Made by a program: the position numbers and the translations under genes
The notes under the pieces: model-generated
Told to the model about the DNA's origin: nothing
Databases searched by the model: none
Seen by the model: only the letters and a program-made list of their open reading frames with translations
Assembly (NCBI GenBank): GCA_964016885.1
Contig: OZ024742.1
Span: 136,462,001 to 136,526,000, forward strand
Source: Eledone cirrhosa
Lineage: Eukaryota
Reading direction: 5' to 3'
Length of the DNA stretch: 64,000 nucleotides
Shown here: positions 28,981-41,270 of the stretch, piece after piece
How positions within the stretch are numbered: position 1 is the stretch's first letter
How the letters are laid out: each line of letters opens with the position of its first letter

Positions 28981-29147
28981 TGCATTTGTAATAAAAGTTA
29001 TAATTACTATGAACCAAAACTACCTACTTTAAAAGAATTTCTACTTAAATTCAAATGTAATCTTATATAAGTTAAGTTCCTCTCTTAATAATAAAATAAT
29101 CAATAATTTGAGTAAATCCCTCAAGCTTCTGCATTAATTAATTGAAA

Positions 29148-29349
29148 TACAAAGGTTGGTTGAAAAGGTCATAGGCTGACCAAGATATGCTCAAAGAATG
29201 ACCAAATGAGATCAATTTTTCAACATAGTCCCTGGAAAGTAACAATGCAGTTATTAATAAGAAGAGTTGAAATTAATGCATGCAAGATTTCACAGCCCTA
29301 GCATTACTCCTTCATAATCAGCTTATGAACTTTTCAGCCAACCCTCATA
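29148..29349. mobile_element. Mariner-type MITE
   Basis: Imperfect TIRs of about 32 bp: TACAAAGGTTGGTTGAAAAGGTCATAGGCTGA and TCAGCTTATGAACTTTTCAGCCAACCCTCATA. TA ends. Confidence 0.65.
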
Positions 29350-29907
29350 AATATTATTTCATAAAAAAATGTGATCATTAAAGAGTTAAGGAAAGTGAGT
29401 TTATAATCAAAGGTGTTCCAACTGTAAACATCATAATTTTTATTTAGACTATAATGAATCCTACTTTTTAAAAGACTATAGAGTAGGATCTGGAGGAAAT
29501 TTCATTACCATTTCTAGCAGATGAATTGATTACTGAGAAACTCTCTTTGTTTATTTGAGTAGTTATAATGTTGTGTGGTGTGGTATTGTCAAAGTAAGTG
29601 TAAACCATTGGATGATGCAAGGTATATAATTCATAGTTTTGTGTTTCTAGAATTTATAGTTTTGTCTTTCTGTGTTATGGCTTTTGGAACTACAAATACT
29701 TCCAGTATTTCACATTCCCTCACATCTAGGTTGCTAACATTGCCACCAAGTGTGTTCTTTGGTCAATTCCATCAATGGTACCCATCCTCTATGAAACTTC
29801 TGCCAATGTATGAAACAATTATCATTGCATGTAACTTACTGTCTCGTTTGCTTTGTTATTTCTATTTATCTTATATATATAGAAGTGGTTACACAACAGT
29901 TAGTTCA

Positions 29908-29957
29908 CCATATCGAGAACAATTGTTTCACCTTAGAGGATTCTCAGCTCGTAATGG
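29908..29957 (-). ncRNA. Hammerhead copy with a G8A core mutation
   Basis: Reverse complement CCATTACGAG-CTGAGAA-TCCTCTAAGGT-GAAAC-AATT-GTT-CTCGATATGG. Palindromic stem III AACAATTGTT. Confidence 0.65.
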
Positions 29958-30630
29958 ACATGGTTATACGGAGCAGGAAGGACAACCGTACGAACGTGCA
30001 TGCGCAGAAACGATCACTTTACATAGGCAATACTAAATTGCGTGCGAGAGGTGTAAGCGAGATGACTGCGAAAGTCCAAAAGTTTCTAGTTGATAAGAAA
30101 ATTAGGATGTTGTTGTAATTCAATCCAGAGCTTTGTAGTTATGTAAGAGGTGTTTCCAGACGTGTGGACAACGTGTGAAGAATTCATTTCTCGTGTTTAT
30201 TATTGCGTAATCTCTTTAGAATATTTATTCGTTCATCAATACATAGTCCGCACGACGAATTGCCCCTTGCGTATGGCTTGGACTTAGTGATGGCTTTACA
30301 TTGAATGGAGTAGTCTATATTTGAGTTCTTGACGGACCATACGTGGCTTGCCAGTTTCGTGGATGAACGTCTGTCCGGGTACCTAAAGATATTACGCAAT
30401 AGTGATTGCCTAAATGCGAGAAATGAATTCTTCACACGTTGTCCACACGTCTGGAAACACCTCTTAAAGCTCCGGATTGAATTACAACAACATCCTAATT
30501 TTGTTATCAACTAGATACTTTTGGACTTTCGTAGTTATCTCGCTTAAACCTCGCGCACGCAATTTAGTATTGCCTGTGTGAAGCGCATGCACGTTCGTAT
30601 GGTTGTCCTTCCTGTTCCGTATAACCATGT

Positions 30631-30680
30631 CCATTACGAGCTGAGGACCCGCTAAGGTGAAACAATCGTTCTCAGTATGG
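30631..30680 (+). ncRNA. Minimal type I hammerhead ribozyme, core intact
   Basis: CCATTACGAG-CTGAGGA-CCCGCTAAGGT-GAAAC-AATC-GTT-CTCAGTATGG. Stem I pairs CCA/TGG, TAC/GTA and GAG/CTC. GUU cleavage triplet. Confidence 0.7.
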
Positions 30681-30902
30681 TGAACTAACTGTTGTGTAAC
30701 CACTTCTACCTAACTCGTCCCATGGACTGAGTGCTCTACCACTATGGAATTACCTTCCAGTGTTCTACCACTAGATATATATATTAACAGACGATTGACT
30801 TTTGTCAAATCAGAATGTGGAAACAATGTTTCCATTGGTCTTTCCAATTGCTAATACTATCTATCGGTCACAACTCCAGATAGAACAATATATATATATA
30901 TA

Positions 30903-31232
30903 TCATCATTTCATTTTACGTCCGCTTGTCTCTGCTTGCAAGGGTGGGATGGGAATTGATTCTGGCTTGATTTCTACAGCTGGATACCCTTTCTAACACC
31001 AACCTCATTTACAGTGAGTGCTGGGTGCTTTTTTGTCGTGGCACCTCCATGACCACTTTGCAGTGGAATGATATGGACCCCAGTCCCTATCATCTCATTT
31101 CTACAGCAGAGTAAACTGGAACAATGTGAAATAAAGTGTCTTGCTCAAGGAAACAACACATCACCGGTCTGAGAATTGAACTCACAACCTTTCGATTGCA
31201 AGGCCAATGCTCTAACCACTAAGCCATGTGCC
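30903..31232 (-). mobile_element. Near full-length family B SINE (tRNA-like head, central domain, RTE-derived tail)
   Basis: Reverse complement begins GGCACATGGCTTAGTGGTTAG (A box) ... GAGTTCAATTC (B box) and ends CCCACCCTTGCAAGCAG...GCGGACGTAAAATGA. Confidence 0.8.
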
Positions 31233-31267
31233 TATATATATATGTGTGTGTATGTGTGTGTGTGTGC

Positions 31268-31320
<53 letters not shown>

Positions 31321-32254
31321 CGTGCGTGTGTGTGTGTGTGAAGTATTTCTGTCAGAAAGGTACAGGAAAAATTGATTAGTTACAGAAATATAAGGCAGTG
31401 AATTGGCAGATTTGTTAGAACATCAAATAGTGCTTTGTGGTATGCATTCTGACTCTCAACTATATGAGTTCAAAACCTGCCTCTCGTCCTTTCAAGGTCG
31501 ATTAAACAGTACCATCTAGTACTGTGGTCAATTCTTTCCTCTATATCTCTTCTCACTTTCTATCCTTCACTAGAAGAAAACTGCTATACTCAGGCCTGGA
31601 GGGGGATGGGCTCTGCCAGGGTTAAAATGCTCAAGATATAGCATATGTCACTATGTTCCCCCATGACTCCTACAGGAATTACAATACAATATACAGAATC
31701 ATCTGGTTATTCTGAAAGGAAATGTAGATGAGATATTTGCCTACTACATTGATAAATTGAGTACTTATGTAAACACTGCATTGTTTTTACTTCCTGTAGT
31801 TGGTGGGGTTGTGAGAATAAACCTCATGGCACACCATCTGCTAAACATCCCTAAGATGCATAAGACTAAAGTTATACCCACAAGAACATTTTTCTCTAAA
31901 ATATGTGGAATATAATCAACCTAATCACAACAACTTCCCTCTTACTATCAAGCTCCTCTCTGAAGGTCAAATTGTCAACCTTAATCTATAATGCATCTCT
32001 GCTAACCAGGTAACACTCTTTATGAAAACATCACTCTAAACTGTAATGTTTATATCTACTCTCCCTTTCTTGTCATCTCTCTTACAAACCTGAACTTTCT
32101 CTACAGTCCAATGAGTCACATTGATGACGTGCTGGGTTACATAAAGATTATTTGGAGGTCAGAAAACATTCAATCATGAAGAATTTTAAATTCTACTTGC
32201 TTTCTTTATTGGAACATTCTATTCATTAAATTTAGTTAAACTCTGTTCTAAGCT

Positions 32255-32500
32255 CATTAGGCTGGTGCTTATCCCTGGTTTCCTTGGCACTTAGCAACTG
32301 GGAGTACAAGACTCTCTCTGGTCAAAATGTCAGTCTATCACAGGTTTAACTCCATAGCTACTGCTGGTACTCATCACAGCTGAATGTACTGCAGCAATAT
32401 GAAATAAAGTGTTTTGCTCAAGAACACAATGCAGCAGCTTGTGCAGGAATTGAACCGACACATTACAATTGTATGTCTTGCCTCCTAACCATTAGGCCAT
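32255..32500 (-). mobile_element. Degenerate tRNA-derived SINE related to the family B head
   Basis: GAAATAAAGTGTTTTGCTCAAGAACACAA..GGAATTGAAC..CTAACCA. Confidence 0.55.
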
Positions 32501-33511
32501 CTGGTTTCATTTTAAGCATGGAACATAAATATACTTAGAATATACAAAGCAAAAAAAATAGTGTATAGAATATATAAAAAATTGAACAAGTATAGAACAG
32601 TAGCTAGACAGACTACTCTTGTTCTCTTTTGTGACAAATATACACCGGTCAAAGAAAATTACCTAAGAATATCATAGAAACTGTTATACTTGATTACAAA
32701 AGCTAAGAAACCATACACAATTAACAAAGAATGTGCATTGTCAATGGCAGATAGAATCAGAAATTATTAATGAAGAACCTATGTTGAGAAAATAAGGATA
32801 CAATTTCACTGTCAAATGATGTGGTATGTAAAAGAACTGTATAAATTGGGAATAATTAAGTTATACAACTTATAGAAAGAATTAAGTACTAAATTTGTGA
32901 TTCAATTGAGGAAATCCACCAACATTACAAATACAACTCAACTATTGTTATTTGTCGTATTTCTATAAAAAATATTGTGAATGAAGATTTACTTTTTGTC
33001 AATCATTAGATGGATGTGTAGCAGATGAAAATATATTCCTAAAAGTAGATCATGTTATAAAGAAGTAGATAAGTCTGCAATAAAATAACAGTATTAATGT
33101 ATGTACCAATGACGGAAATGGCATAGAATTTCTAGTTGGCAAGAGATAAATCTGCAAGTAATGCCCTTATTACATTCATTTATTTTATGATTTATTCAGA
33201 ATAATCTGTGGTTAAAAAAATAATTTAGTGCTAAGTACATTAATACCAGATGCAGTTAAAATTATATACTTCATTAAAAGTCACATATTGAAAAGCCATC
33301 TACTCACAAAATCTATGCCAGAATATAGGATCCAAGTTCAACAAACTTATACTACATAACAAAATGTGATGAGTGTTAACAGGATAATCTGTGATGTGAC
33401 TGACTAGTTGACTGACAAACAAAATAATATTTTTTATCAAAAAATACCTCAGACCTCAGAATTCTTTCATGATGCGAATTGGTTTTGCAAATTATTATTA
33501 GTTTAATCAAG

Positions 33512-34042
33512 GGTGGTGGATTGGTAGTATTGGTAGAGCGTCAGACACCATGCTTTGCAGCATATAGTTATGGCCCTTTATGATCTGAGTTTAAATCCCA
33601 CCAAGGTTAATTTTGCCTTTCCTCCTTACGTGGTCGATAAAATAAAGTACTAGTAATGCACTGGGATAATTGCTGGCCTTGTGTCAAAAGTAAAAATAAT
33701 TATTAGTTTAATCAACTGAATATTTCCTAGTGGGGAAGTATCACAATTATTTTCACTTTGAAATGTAAATTGAAGCATCCATGAAAAAAACAATAAACAA
33801 CTATAGTAACATGCAGTGAACAATTATATACTTTAGATATTTTCAGGTAGTAAAAATAATTGTTTCTACAATAGGCACAAGGCCAGCAATTATCCCAGTG
33901 TATTACTAGTACTTTATTTCGACCCCCGTTAGGATGAAAGGTAAAGTTAACTTCGACAAGATTTGAACTCAGAATGGCAAGGGCCGTAACTCTATGCGTC
34001 AAAGCATGGCGTCCGACCCTCTACCAATACTGCCAATTCACC
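33512..34042. mobile_element. Inverted (tail-to-tail) pair of family A SINEs
   Basis: + copy about 33512-33701 and - copy about 33856-34042. Confidence 0.8.
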
Positions 34043-36469
34043 ATAGTAAAGATAATGTGACATGTAAAACCCTTTGTTACCAAACTTAAATTTTTGTGGC
34101 AAAAAAAATAGCATTTCCTTTTTTGTCTGAATGTGAAATCAGAATATCCAATACTATCAGCATTAGCAATGACAGTTTCTTTTGCTATTTCTTTCCATAT
34201 AATTAGGGAAATTGACATTTTCATCTTTATCACCAATAAAGAGAAAATACCACTTAATTATCAAGTATGTAGACGTTCCCTTAAGAACATCACTGACAAA
34301 TATCAAGTCACAGTTTGATGCATTGTTCTGAAACAAACACACCCATTTCACTGAAGATATTTATATAATATATTCAATACTAATAGTAAAAACTTTTAGT
34401 GGTCTCATCTGTTTTGTTTTATATTTCTTAGTTTTAGCTTATTTTATGGGTTTTTTTAATTTATTACTTATTGAATTTTATAACAGAGAAAGACATTCAT
34501 GAGAATATTTTCCTGATAAAACTGTACTGAGGAAAAGGAAATTTAAGAAAGAATGCTCTAAGTGTTTCCAATATTTCTCTGTTTTTAAGTAGGATAATAT
34601 TATATGCCCTAAGGCTGAAAATTATTCTAGTAATTCTATATTAGCTTCCTTGATTTGTTCATAAAATAGCAGTTCAGTCATTCCATTTGGCACTATCAGC
34701 GCTGGTGCTACAATTGTTTCTTTTTTGCTTTCATATCTGTTGATTCTTATCTATTATTGTTTTGTTATTGTTGCTGTTTGCAGTGGTCTTTGCTGCTCTA
34801 TAGTTCTTGATGTTGCAGTTACTTTCACTACCTTGCCACTATTCATAGTATTGCTTTTATTGAATTTATTGTAGTTTTTTTCGTATTGTTTGTTATATTG
34901 TTTTCTTTTTCCCATCAATTCTGTTTCTTTCGTTAATTTTTGTTGTTTACTAATGTTTTTGCTGATTTAAAAAAAATACTATTTGTAGTATGAGTTTTTT
35001 TTATAAGTTTAGCCTAGGATTTACCATTCTAAGTCTCTGTGTGATGTGAAATCACTTTCCACACACACAAACACCCATCATTCCACTATATCTTTTACAG
35101 ACAACACTAAACACATTCATATACACACAATGCCAAACAATGATATCTCTTAGTTTCACTGCCTCCTCCTGCCACCCTTCCAATATCTCTTCTACCAAAT
35201 CTAATCTCTCCACCTTCTGTCTCACCTTGGCTCAAACCAATATGATCCATGCTGACACTTGAAGCTAATTCCTATGCAATGACAGAATTCTAATAAATTT
35301 TCTGTTTGCTTAGGATGAAAATGAAGAACATCAATTGCAGTCAACAATAACAGCAACAATAAAAATAAAACAATGTCCAAAAAGAAACAAAAACCAACTA
35401 AAAGACAATAAATATAAATTAAGAAAAAATATATACTAAAATGCAATAAAGAAAGTTTTTTTCTCAATTTGTGCTTTGTGTGTTTGTATGTAATATGTGT
35501 GTAGGTAGGTGTTTGTGAGTGTGTTTATTGCATAAGTATGTGTTTATGAATGTATACATGTGTATGTGTGTGGAAAGATATATGTCTAAGTGTATGTATG
35601 AATGTATGTATGTTTGTATGTATGTGTTACACTGTGTGTATACATGTGTGCCTGTGTATTTTGCAATCTAAATCAAACTTTTGCTTTCCATTCCCTTCTT
35701 TTTTATTTTTGTATATCTTAATGTTATTTTTATACATTTATTTCTATTTGCTGTGTGTCTTGTGGATTTTTTCCCCTCACTCAACTCCTCTTGTTTGGTT
35801 CTGTGCCTCCCTACATATTCACAGTAACATGCATGTGTATGTATATGATTCTTTTTACATGTGTATGAGTATTTGTATCTAAAACATGTAAGATCAGATT
35901 TGAGGCTATTTCTCAATGGCTTTTTGGTTATAAGAACATGTATAGCTATGCATATCAATGCAATCATCCTTACTAAAATGCATGCATACAATCCTACTTT
36001 ACAATATCCGCTAGTAAATAATACTTTTGAATCTTTTTATAATGCAAATACATACACACATGCACACACACACACACACAACATATATATATTCAATTGT
36101 ATGTAAGCTGATTGGTTTTCAGAAGTTGATTAGCTAGTAGGCAATTGATTATAGATTTCCATTGTAAACTATGCATAGCTAGTTCAATTCTTTCATGCAT
36201 CATTAATAGTTTCAGTTCTTTTCTTTGCTCCAAATATATTCATGTTTATGTCTGTATATATGTGTATATATTTACTCATGCACACACACACAAAACACAT
36301 GCCCACACTCACACATAAACATATGCATATAGATATGTTTGGTTAAGATGTTTGTTTAGCAAATACAGATTCAATCCCTCTCAGTGGTAGCATTCACAGA
36401 TGTCTTCTATAGGCTCAATTTGCATAACACTTTCTGTATGGAACTTAGTTGAAGGAAATTATTGAAGGA

Positions 36470-36960
36470 AAATATTTTCGAATATTTAAGCGGCTGCCAC
36501 GCCGTTTCTGAACCAAAGATCCAAAATATAAAGCCACTTTAAGACGTGAAATAATCAGATCTAGCATAGTGTAAAGTTTGAACAAAGTAGGTTGATTAAT
36601 GTGGGATTTGAGTCTCTAAAAGTGGTATTTTTTAATATTTAAGCGGCTGCCACACTGTCCCTGAAGAACAAATGCAAAATATAAAGCAAATACAGGATGT
36701 GCAATGATAAATTCTATTTTGCTTTAAAATTTGATCAAAATCGGTGGCAAAATGTGGGAGCTAGAGCCAAATATGTTATTTTTTGATACCTAAAAAAAGG
36801 TGATCCCCCTATCAGTAAAAAAATGATACGCTGATATATAGAAAACACTCTGATGAAACTAAGTTTCATGAAAATCGGTCGTAAGATAGGTAATACACAG
36901 ACACCCTGATGAAACTAAGTTTCATGAAAATCGGTCGTAAGATAGGTAATACACAGACAC
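36470..36960. repeat. Unclassified DNA-element remnant with internal repeats, ending in a 56-bp tandem duplication (36850-36960)
   Basis: AATATTTAAGCGGCTGCCAC occurs twice. CTGATGAAACTAAGTTTCATGAAAATCGGTCGTAAGATAGGTAATACACAGACAC occurs twice. Confidence 0.6.
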
Positions 36961-36965
36961 ACAGA

Positions 36966-37016
36966 AGCTTCTTGATGATTTCTCACAAATGAAACATTTC
37001 TAGTCCTGTAGAAGCT
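36966..37016 (+). ncRNA. Type I hammerhead-like motif (GUA family) with a C3U change
   Basis: AGCTTC-TTGATGA-TTTCTCACAAAT-GAAACA-TTTCTAGTCC-TGTA-GAAGCT. 6-bp stem I AGCTTC/GAAGCT and stem III ACA/TGT. Confidence 0.65.
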
Positions 37017-37095
37017 CTTCTATATATGTTCATAATATATGTATCTTGAGTATCTTACTTACTGTGTTTATATTCGATTCAACCCTGTGTTACTC

Positions 37096-37383
37096 TTGCG
37101 TGCTTGCAAGGGTGGGATGGGAACTGATTCTGGCTTGATTCCTAACACCAACCTCATTTACAGTGAGTGCTGGGTGCTTTTTTGCCGTGGCACCTCCACG
37201 ACCACTTTGCAGTGGAATGATAGGGACTGGAGTCCCTATCATCTCATTTCTACAGCTGAGTAAACTGGAGCAATGTGAAATAAAGTATCTTGCTCAAGGA
37301 AACAACACATCACCCGGTCTGAGAATTGAACTCACAACCTTTCGATTGCAAGGCCAATACTCTATCATCTAAGCCATGTGCCT
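37096..37383 (-). mobile_element. Family B SINE with an internal deletion
   Basis: Highly similar to 30935-31232. Confidence 0.8.
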
Positions 37384-37924
<541 letters not shown>

Positions 37925-38166
37925 TAACAATATATTTAGAAACACACAGATACATGCGGACACACACATATACATGAATGCATCCGCACCCAACCGTGAG
38001 TTAAGGGTGCCAACTTCACCGATGTTGCTCAATGAATGACTGGGACAGACCAATCCGGTTGAACTAGACTGAACCAGTATCAGAGTTAAAAATACATTAT
38101 GAAGAGAGAAGAAACATTTAGATATAATTAGTAATAAAATGTATCATACCTAAACTGCTCCTAGAT

Positions 38167-38256
38167 TCCTCGACTACGTAGTTTCGTGGCATAAACAAAA
38201 ACAATACATCATAAAGATATAGAGTCCTTGCGACGTCTGCCGACTTATCAAGAGGA
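38167..38256 (-). ncRNA. Type I hammerhead ribozyme with a U3-A8 covariant core
   Basis: Reverse complement TCCTC-TTGATAA-GTCGGCA...TGCCAC-GAAAC-TACGTA-GTC-GAGGA. Stem I TCCTC/GAGGA, stem II GT(C)GGCA/TGCCAC, palindromic stem III ACTACGTAGT, GUC triplet. Confidence 0.75.
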
Positions 38257-38820
38257 TACCTCATTTTACTAGTCTCAAGAACGCGTCTACACGACGTGAG
38301 AAAGAATCCCAAAAGGCGGAGGGGGAGATAGTCACGCGATATAACGGTCGAGAAACAGAGCTAAGCCTCTTATAACCCTGAAGAAAATACCACGGAGGCG
38401 GAGGGGGTATTTATATCGAAGCCGTAGAAGAGGTGGTGAAGGAGGCGAGAAGTATGAGTAATGGAAGTTTCCAGCAGTCCCCACACTTCAAAGATTGCTC
38501 GACCAGAGGGAGTTATTAACAATATATTTAGAAACACACAGATACATGCGGGGACACACATATACATGAATGCATCCGCACCCAACCGTGAGTTAAGGGT
38601 GCCAACTTCACCGATGTTGCTCAATGAATGACTGGGACAGACCAATCCGGTTGAACTTCGATATAAATACCCCCTCCGCCTCCGTGGTATTTTCTTTGGG
38701 GTTATAAGAGGCTTAGCTCTGTTTCTCGACCGTTATATCGCGTGACTATCTCCCCCTCCACCTTTTGGGATTCTTTCTCTCGTCGTGTAGACGCGTTCTT
38801 GAGACTAGTAAAATGAGGTA

Positions 38821-38910
38821 TCCTCTTGATAAGTCGGCAGACCTCGCAAGGACTCTATATCTTTATGATGTATTGTTTTTGTTTATGCCACAAAACTACG
38901 TAGTCGAGGA
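38821..38910 (+). ncRNA. Second copy of the U3-A8 hammerhead with G12A (CAAAAC), probably inactive
   Basis: TCCTC-TTGATAA-GTCGGCA...TGCCAC-AAAAC-TACGTA-GTC-GAGGA. Confidence 0.7.
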
Positions 38911-39022
38911 ATCTAGGAGCAGTTTAGGTATGATACATTTTATTACTAATTATATCTAAATGTTCCTTCTCTCTTCATAATGTATATTTATATATATATA
39001 TTTATTTATATATATATTTATT

Positions 39023-39056
<34 letters not shown>

Positions 39057-39092
39057 TATATATATATATTTATTTATATATATATATTTATT

Positions 39093-39123
<31 letters not shown>

Positions 39124-39124
39124 A

Positions 39125-39288
39125 AATGTGGTTGGTGTTAGGAAGGGCATCCAGCTGTAGAAAACCCGCCAGACAGTCCTATGCGAGCAATGACAACCAC
39201 TCTTGCCTCAGATGGGAAAACTCCCGTCCAAACCCATGCAAGCGTGGAACATGGACGTTAAACGATGATGATTATGATGATGATGATA
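39125..39288 (+). mobile_element. 3' part of an RTE-tailed SINE ending in (GAT)n
   Basis: Similar to 55250-55415; ends GGACGTTAAACGATGATGA. Confidence 0.7.
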
Positions 39289-39300
39289 TATATATATATT

Positions 39301-39333
<33 letters not shown>

Positions 39334-39353
39334 ATTTATATATATATATATTT

Positions 39354-39427
<74 letters not shown>

Positions 39428-39499
39428 ATTTATATATTTATATATATATATTTATATATATATATATATATTTATATATTTATATATATATTATATATA

Positions 39500-39542
<43 letters not shown>

Positions 39543-39571
39543 TTATATATATATTTATATATATATATATA

Positions 39572-39642
39572 TAGTCCAGAATTAGCCGTCAAAACGGCTT
39601 GAGCTCAGCCGTCGGGGTCGTACTCGTTCCTATATATATATT

Positions 39643-39682
<40 letters not shown>

Positions 39683-40778
39683 TATATTTATATATCATCA
39701 TCATCATCATCATCATCATTTTACGTCCGCTTTTCCCTGCTTGCAAGGGTGGGACGGGTCTTATTCAGCACAGCATCTCTCCACTCGTCACGGTCCCTCG
39801 TCATCTCCACCGTGAGCTTCAATGATCTGAGGTCTGTTCTCACCACCTCCGCCCATGTTTTTCGTGGTCTACCTCTACTACGTCTTCCTTCAACTGGCAT
39901 TTCCTGGCACTTCTTCACCCATCGGTCATCCTCCATGCGCATCACATGTCCATACCACCTCAGTCTCCTCTCCCGTACACTACATTCTATCCCTCTCAGA
40001 CACAGTTTCTCTCTCAACACATTTATGCTGGGTCGTTCACGCACATTTACACTGCACATCCAACGGAGCATGCTTGCCTCATTTCTCTCCAGCCGTCGCA
40101 TATCTTCTGCGGTAGCTGCCCATGTCTCACTACCATGCAGCATCGCGCTCCTCACACAGGCATCATACAACCGGCCTTTCGTACGCAGGGAGAAACCCTT
40201 CTTCGTCAACAGAGGAAGCAGCTCCCTAAACTTCTTCCAACCCGTCCTTATTCTAGATACTATGGCCTCGGAACACCCTCCTCCCATGCTAATCTGATCT
40301 CCTAGGTACCGGAAGCTATCCACCACTTCTATAGCGCCCTCTCGCATTTGAAAAATGTGTCTATCAGTGCGACTTCTACTGTCTAATTTCCCTGTACATC
40401 TACTGCATACATATTTCTCCCTACCTGTTAGTTTGCCTACTATCCCGCTACATCTCTTGTGTACCCAGGACCTACATTGTGTGCATTTTATAGAATTTAT
40501 GCCAGTTCCTTTTCTGCATATCGAACATGGCCATTTCCCTGACGGAATCAGGGTTTTGTCCTCTTTTCTACTCATCAACACTTTTGTCTTAGCTAGATTT
40601 ACTCTCAAATATATATATTTATATATATATATTTATATATATATATATATAAATATATATATATAAATATATATATTTATATATATATATTTATATATAT
40701 ATATATAAATATATATATAGGAACGAGTACGAACCCGATGGCTGAGCTCAAGCCGTTTTGACGGCTAATTCTGGACTA
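39572..40778. repeat. Inverted repeat pair of about 60 bp (39572-39632 and 40717-40778) embedded in (TA)n and bracketing the RTE fragment
   Basis: TAGTCCAGAATTAGCCGTCAAAACGGCTTGAGCTCAGCCGTCGGGGTCGTACTCGTTCCTA and its reverse complement with 2 mismatches. Confidence 0.85.
39695..40608 (-). mobile_element. 5'-truncated RTE LINE; open 295-aa ORF C-terminus with (TGA)n tail
   Basis: [11 protein letters not shown]-like C/H cluster, FRYLGD, MLHGSETW, RRLRWYGHVMRM and GRRSRGRPRKTW motifs. (CAT)n at 39695-39719. Confidence 0.93.
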
Positions 40779-40814
40779 TATATATATATATAAATATATA
40801 TATATAAATATATA

Positions 40815-40863
<49 letters not shown>

Positions 40864-40968
40864 ATTTATATATATATATATATATATATATAAATATATA
40901 TATAAATATATATATATAAATATATTTATATATATATATTTATATATATATATTTATATAGATATATT

Positions 40969-40999
<31 letters not shown>

Positions 41000-41072
41000 A
41001 TTTATATATATATATTTATGTAGATATATTTATATATATATTTATATATATTTATATATATATATTTATATA

Positions 41073-41119
<47 letters not shown>

Positions 41120-41270
41120 TTATTTATATATATATATATATTTATATATATATTTATATATATATATATATTTATATATATATTTATTTATATATATATT
41201 TATTTATATTTATATTTATATATTTATAGATATATATGTATATTTATATATATATATTTATATATATATA

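Larger units (their letters stand above)
29880..30708 (-). mobile_element. Penelope-like element 3' end (GIY-YIG endonuclease C-terminus plus pseudo-LTR) with an inverted second pseudo-LTR
   Basis: Minus-strand peptide FRYPDRRSSTKLASHVWSVKNSNIDYSIQCKAITKSKPYARGNSSCGLCIDERINIL..(R)NEFFTRCPH resembles PLE endonuclease tails. Inverted arms about 29880-30219 and 30382-30708. Left end abuts (TA)n. Confidence 0.8.
37925..38985 (-). mobile_element. Non-coding hammerhead-bearing element: 592-bp unit in partial tandem plus an inverted 330-bp copy
   Basis: Direct repeats 37925-38065 and 38517-38657. Inverted repeats 38092-38421 and 38656-38985 (about 7 substitutions). Flanked by (TA)n on both sides. 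Confidence 0.85.

Noticed and set aside
31170-31232. tRNA-like A and B boxes
   Set aside because: These are SINE heads that continue into SINE body sequence. No complete cloverleaf, so they are not called as tRNA genes.
36850-36960. Tandem CTGATGA...GAAA...GTC, superficially a hammerhead dimer
   Set aside because: Stems I and III do not pair, and ATGAAACT/AGTTTCAT forms a hairpin that sequesters the core. It is better explained as a 56-bp tandem duplication.
38118-38959. Duplicated 64-aa ORFs (MGFFL...) in the inverted arms
   Set aside because: They start at TTG, overlap the hammerhead, and are identical only because of the recent duplication. There is no evidence of coding function.
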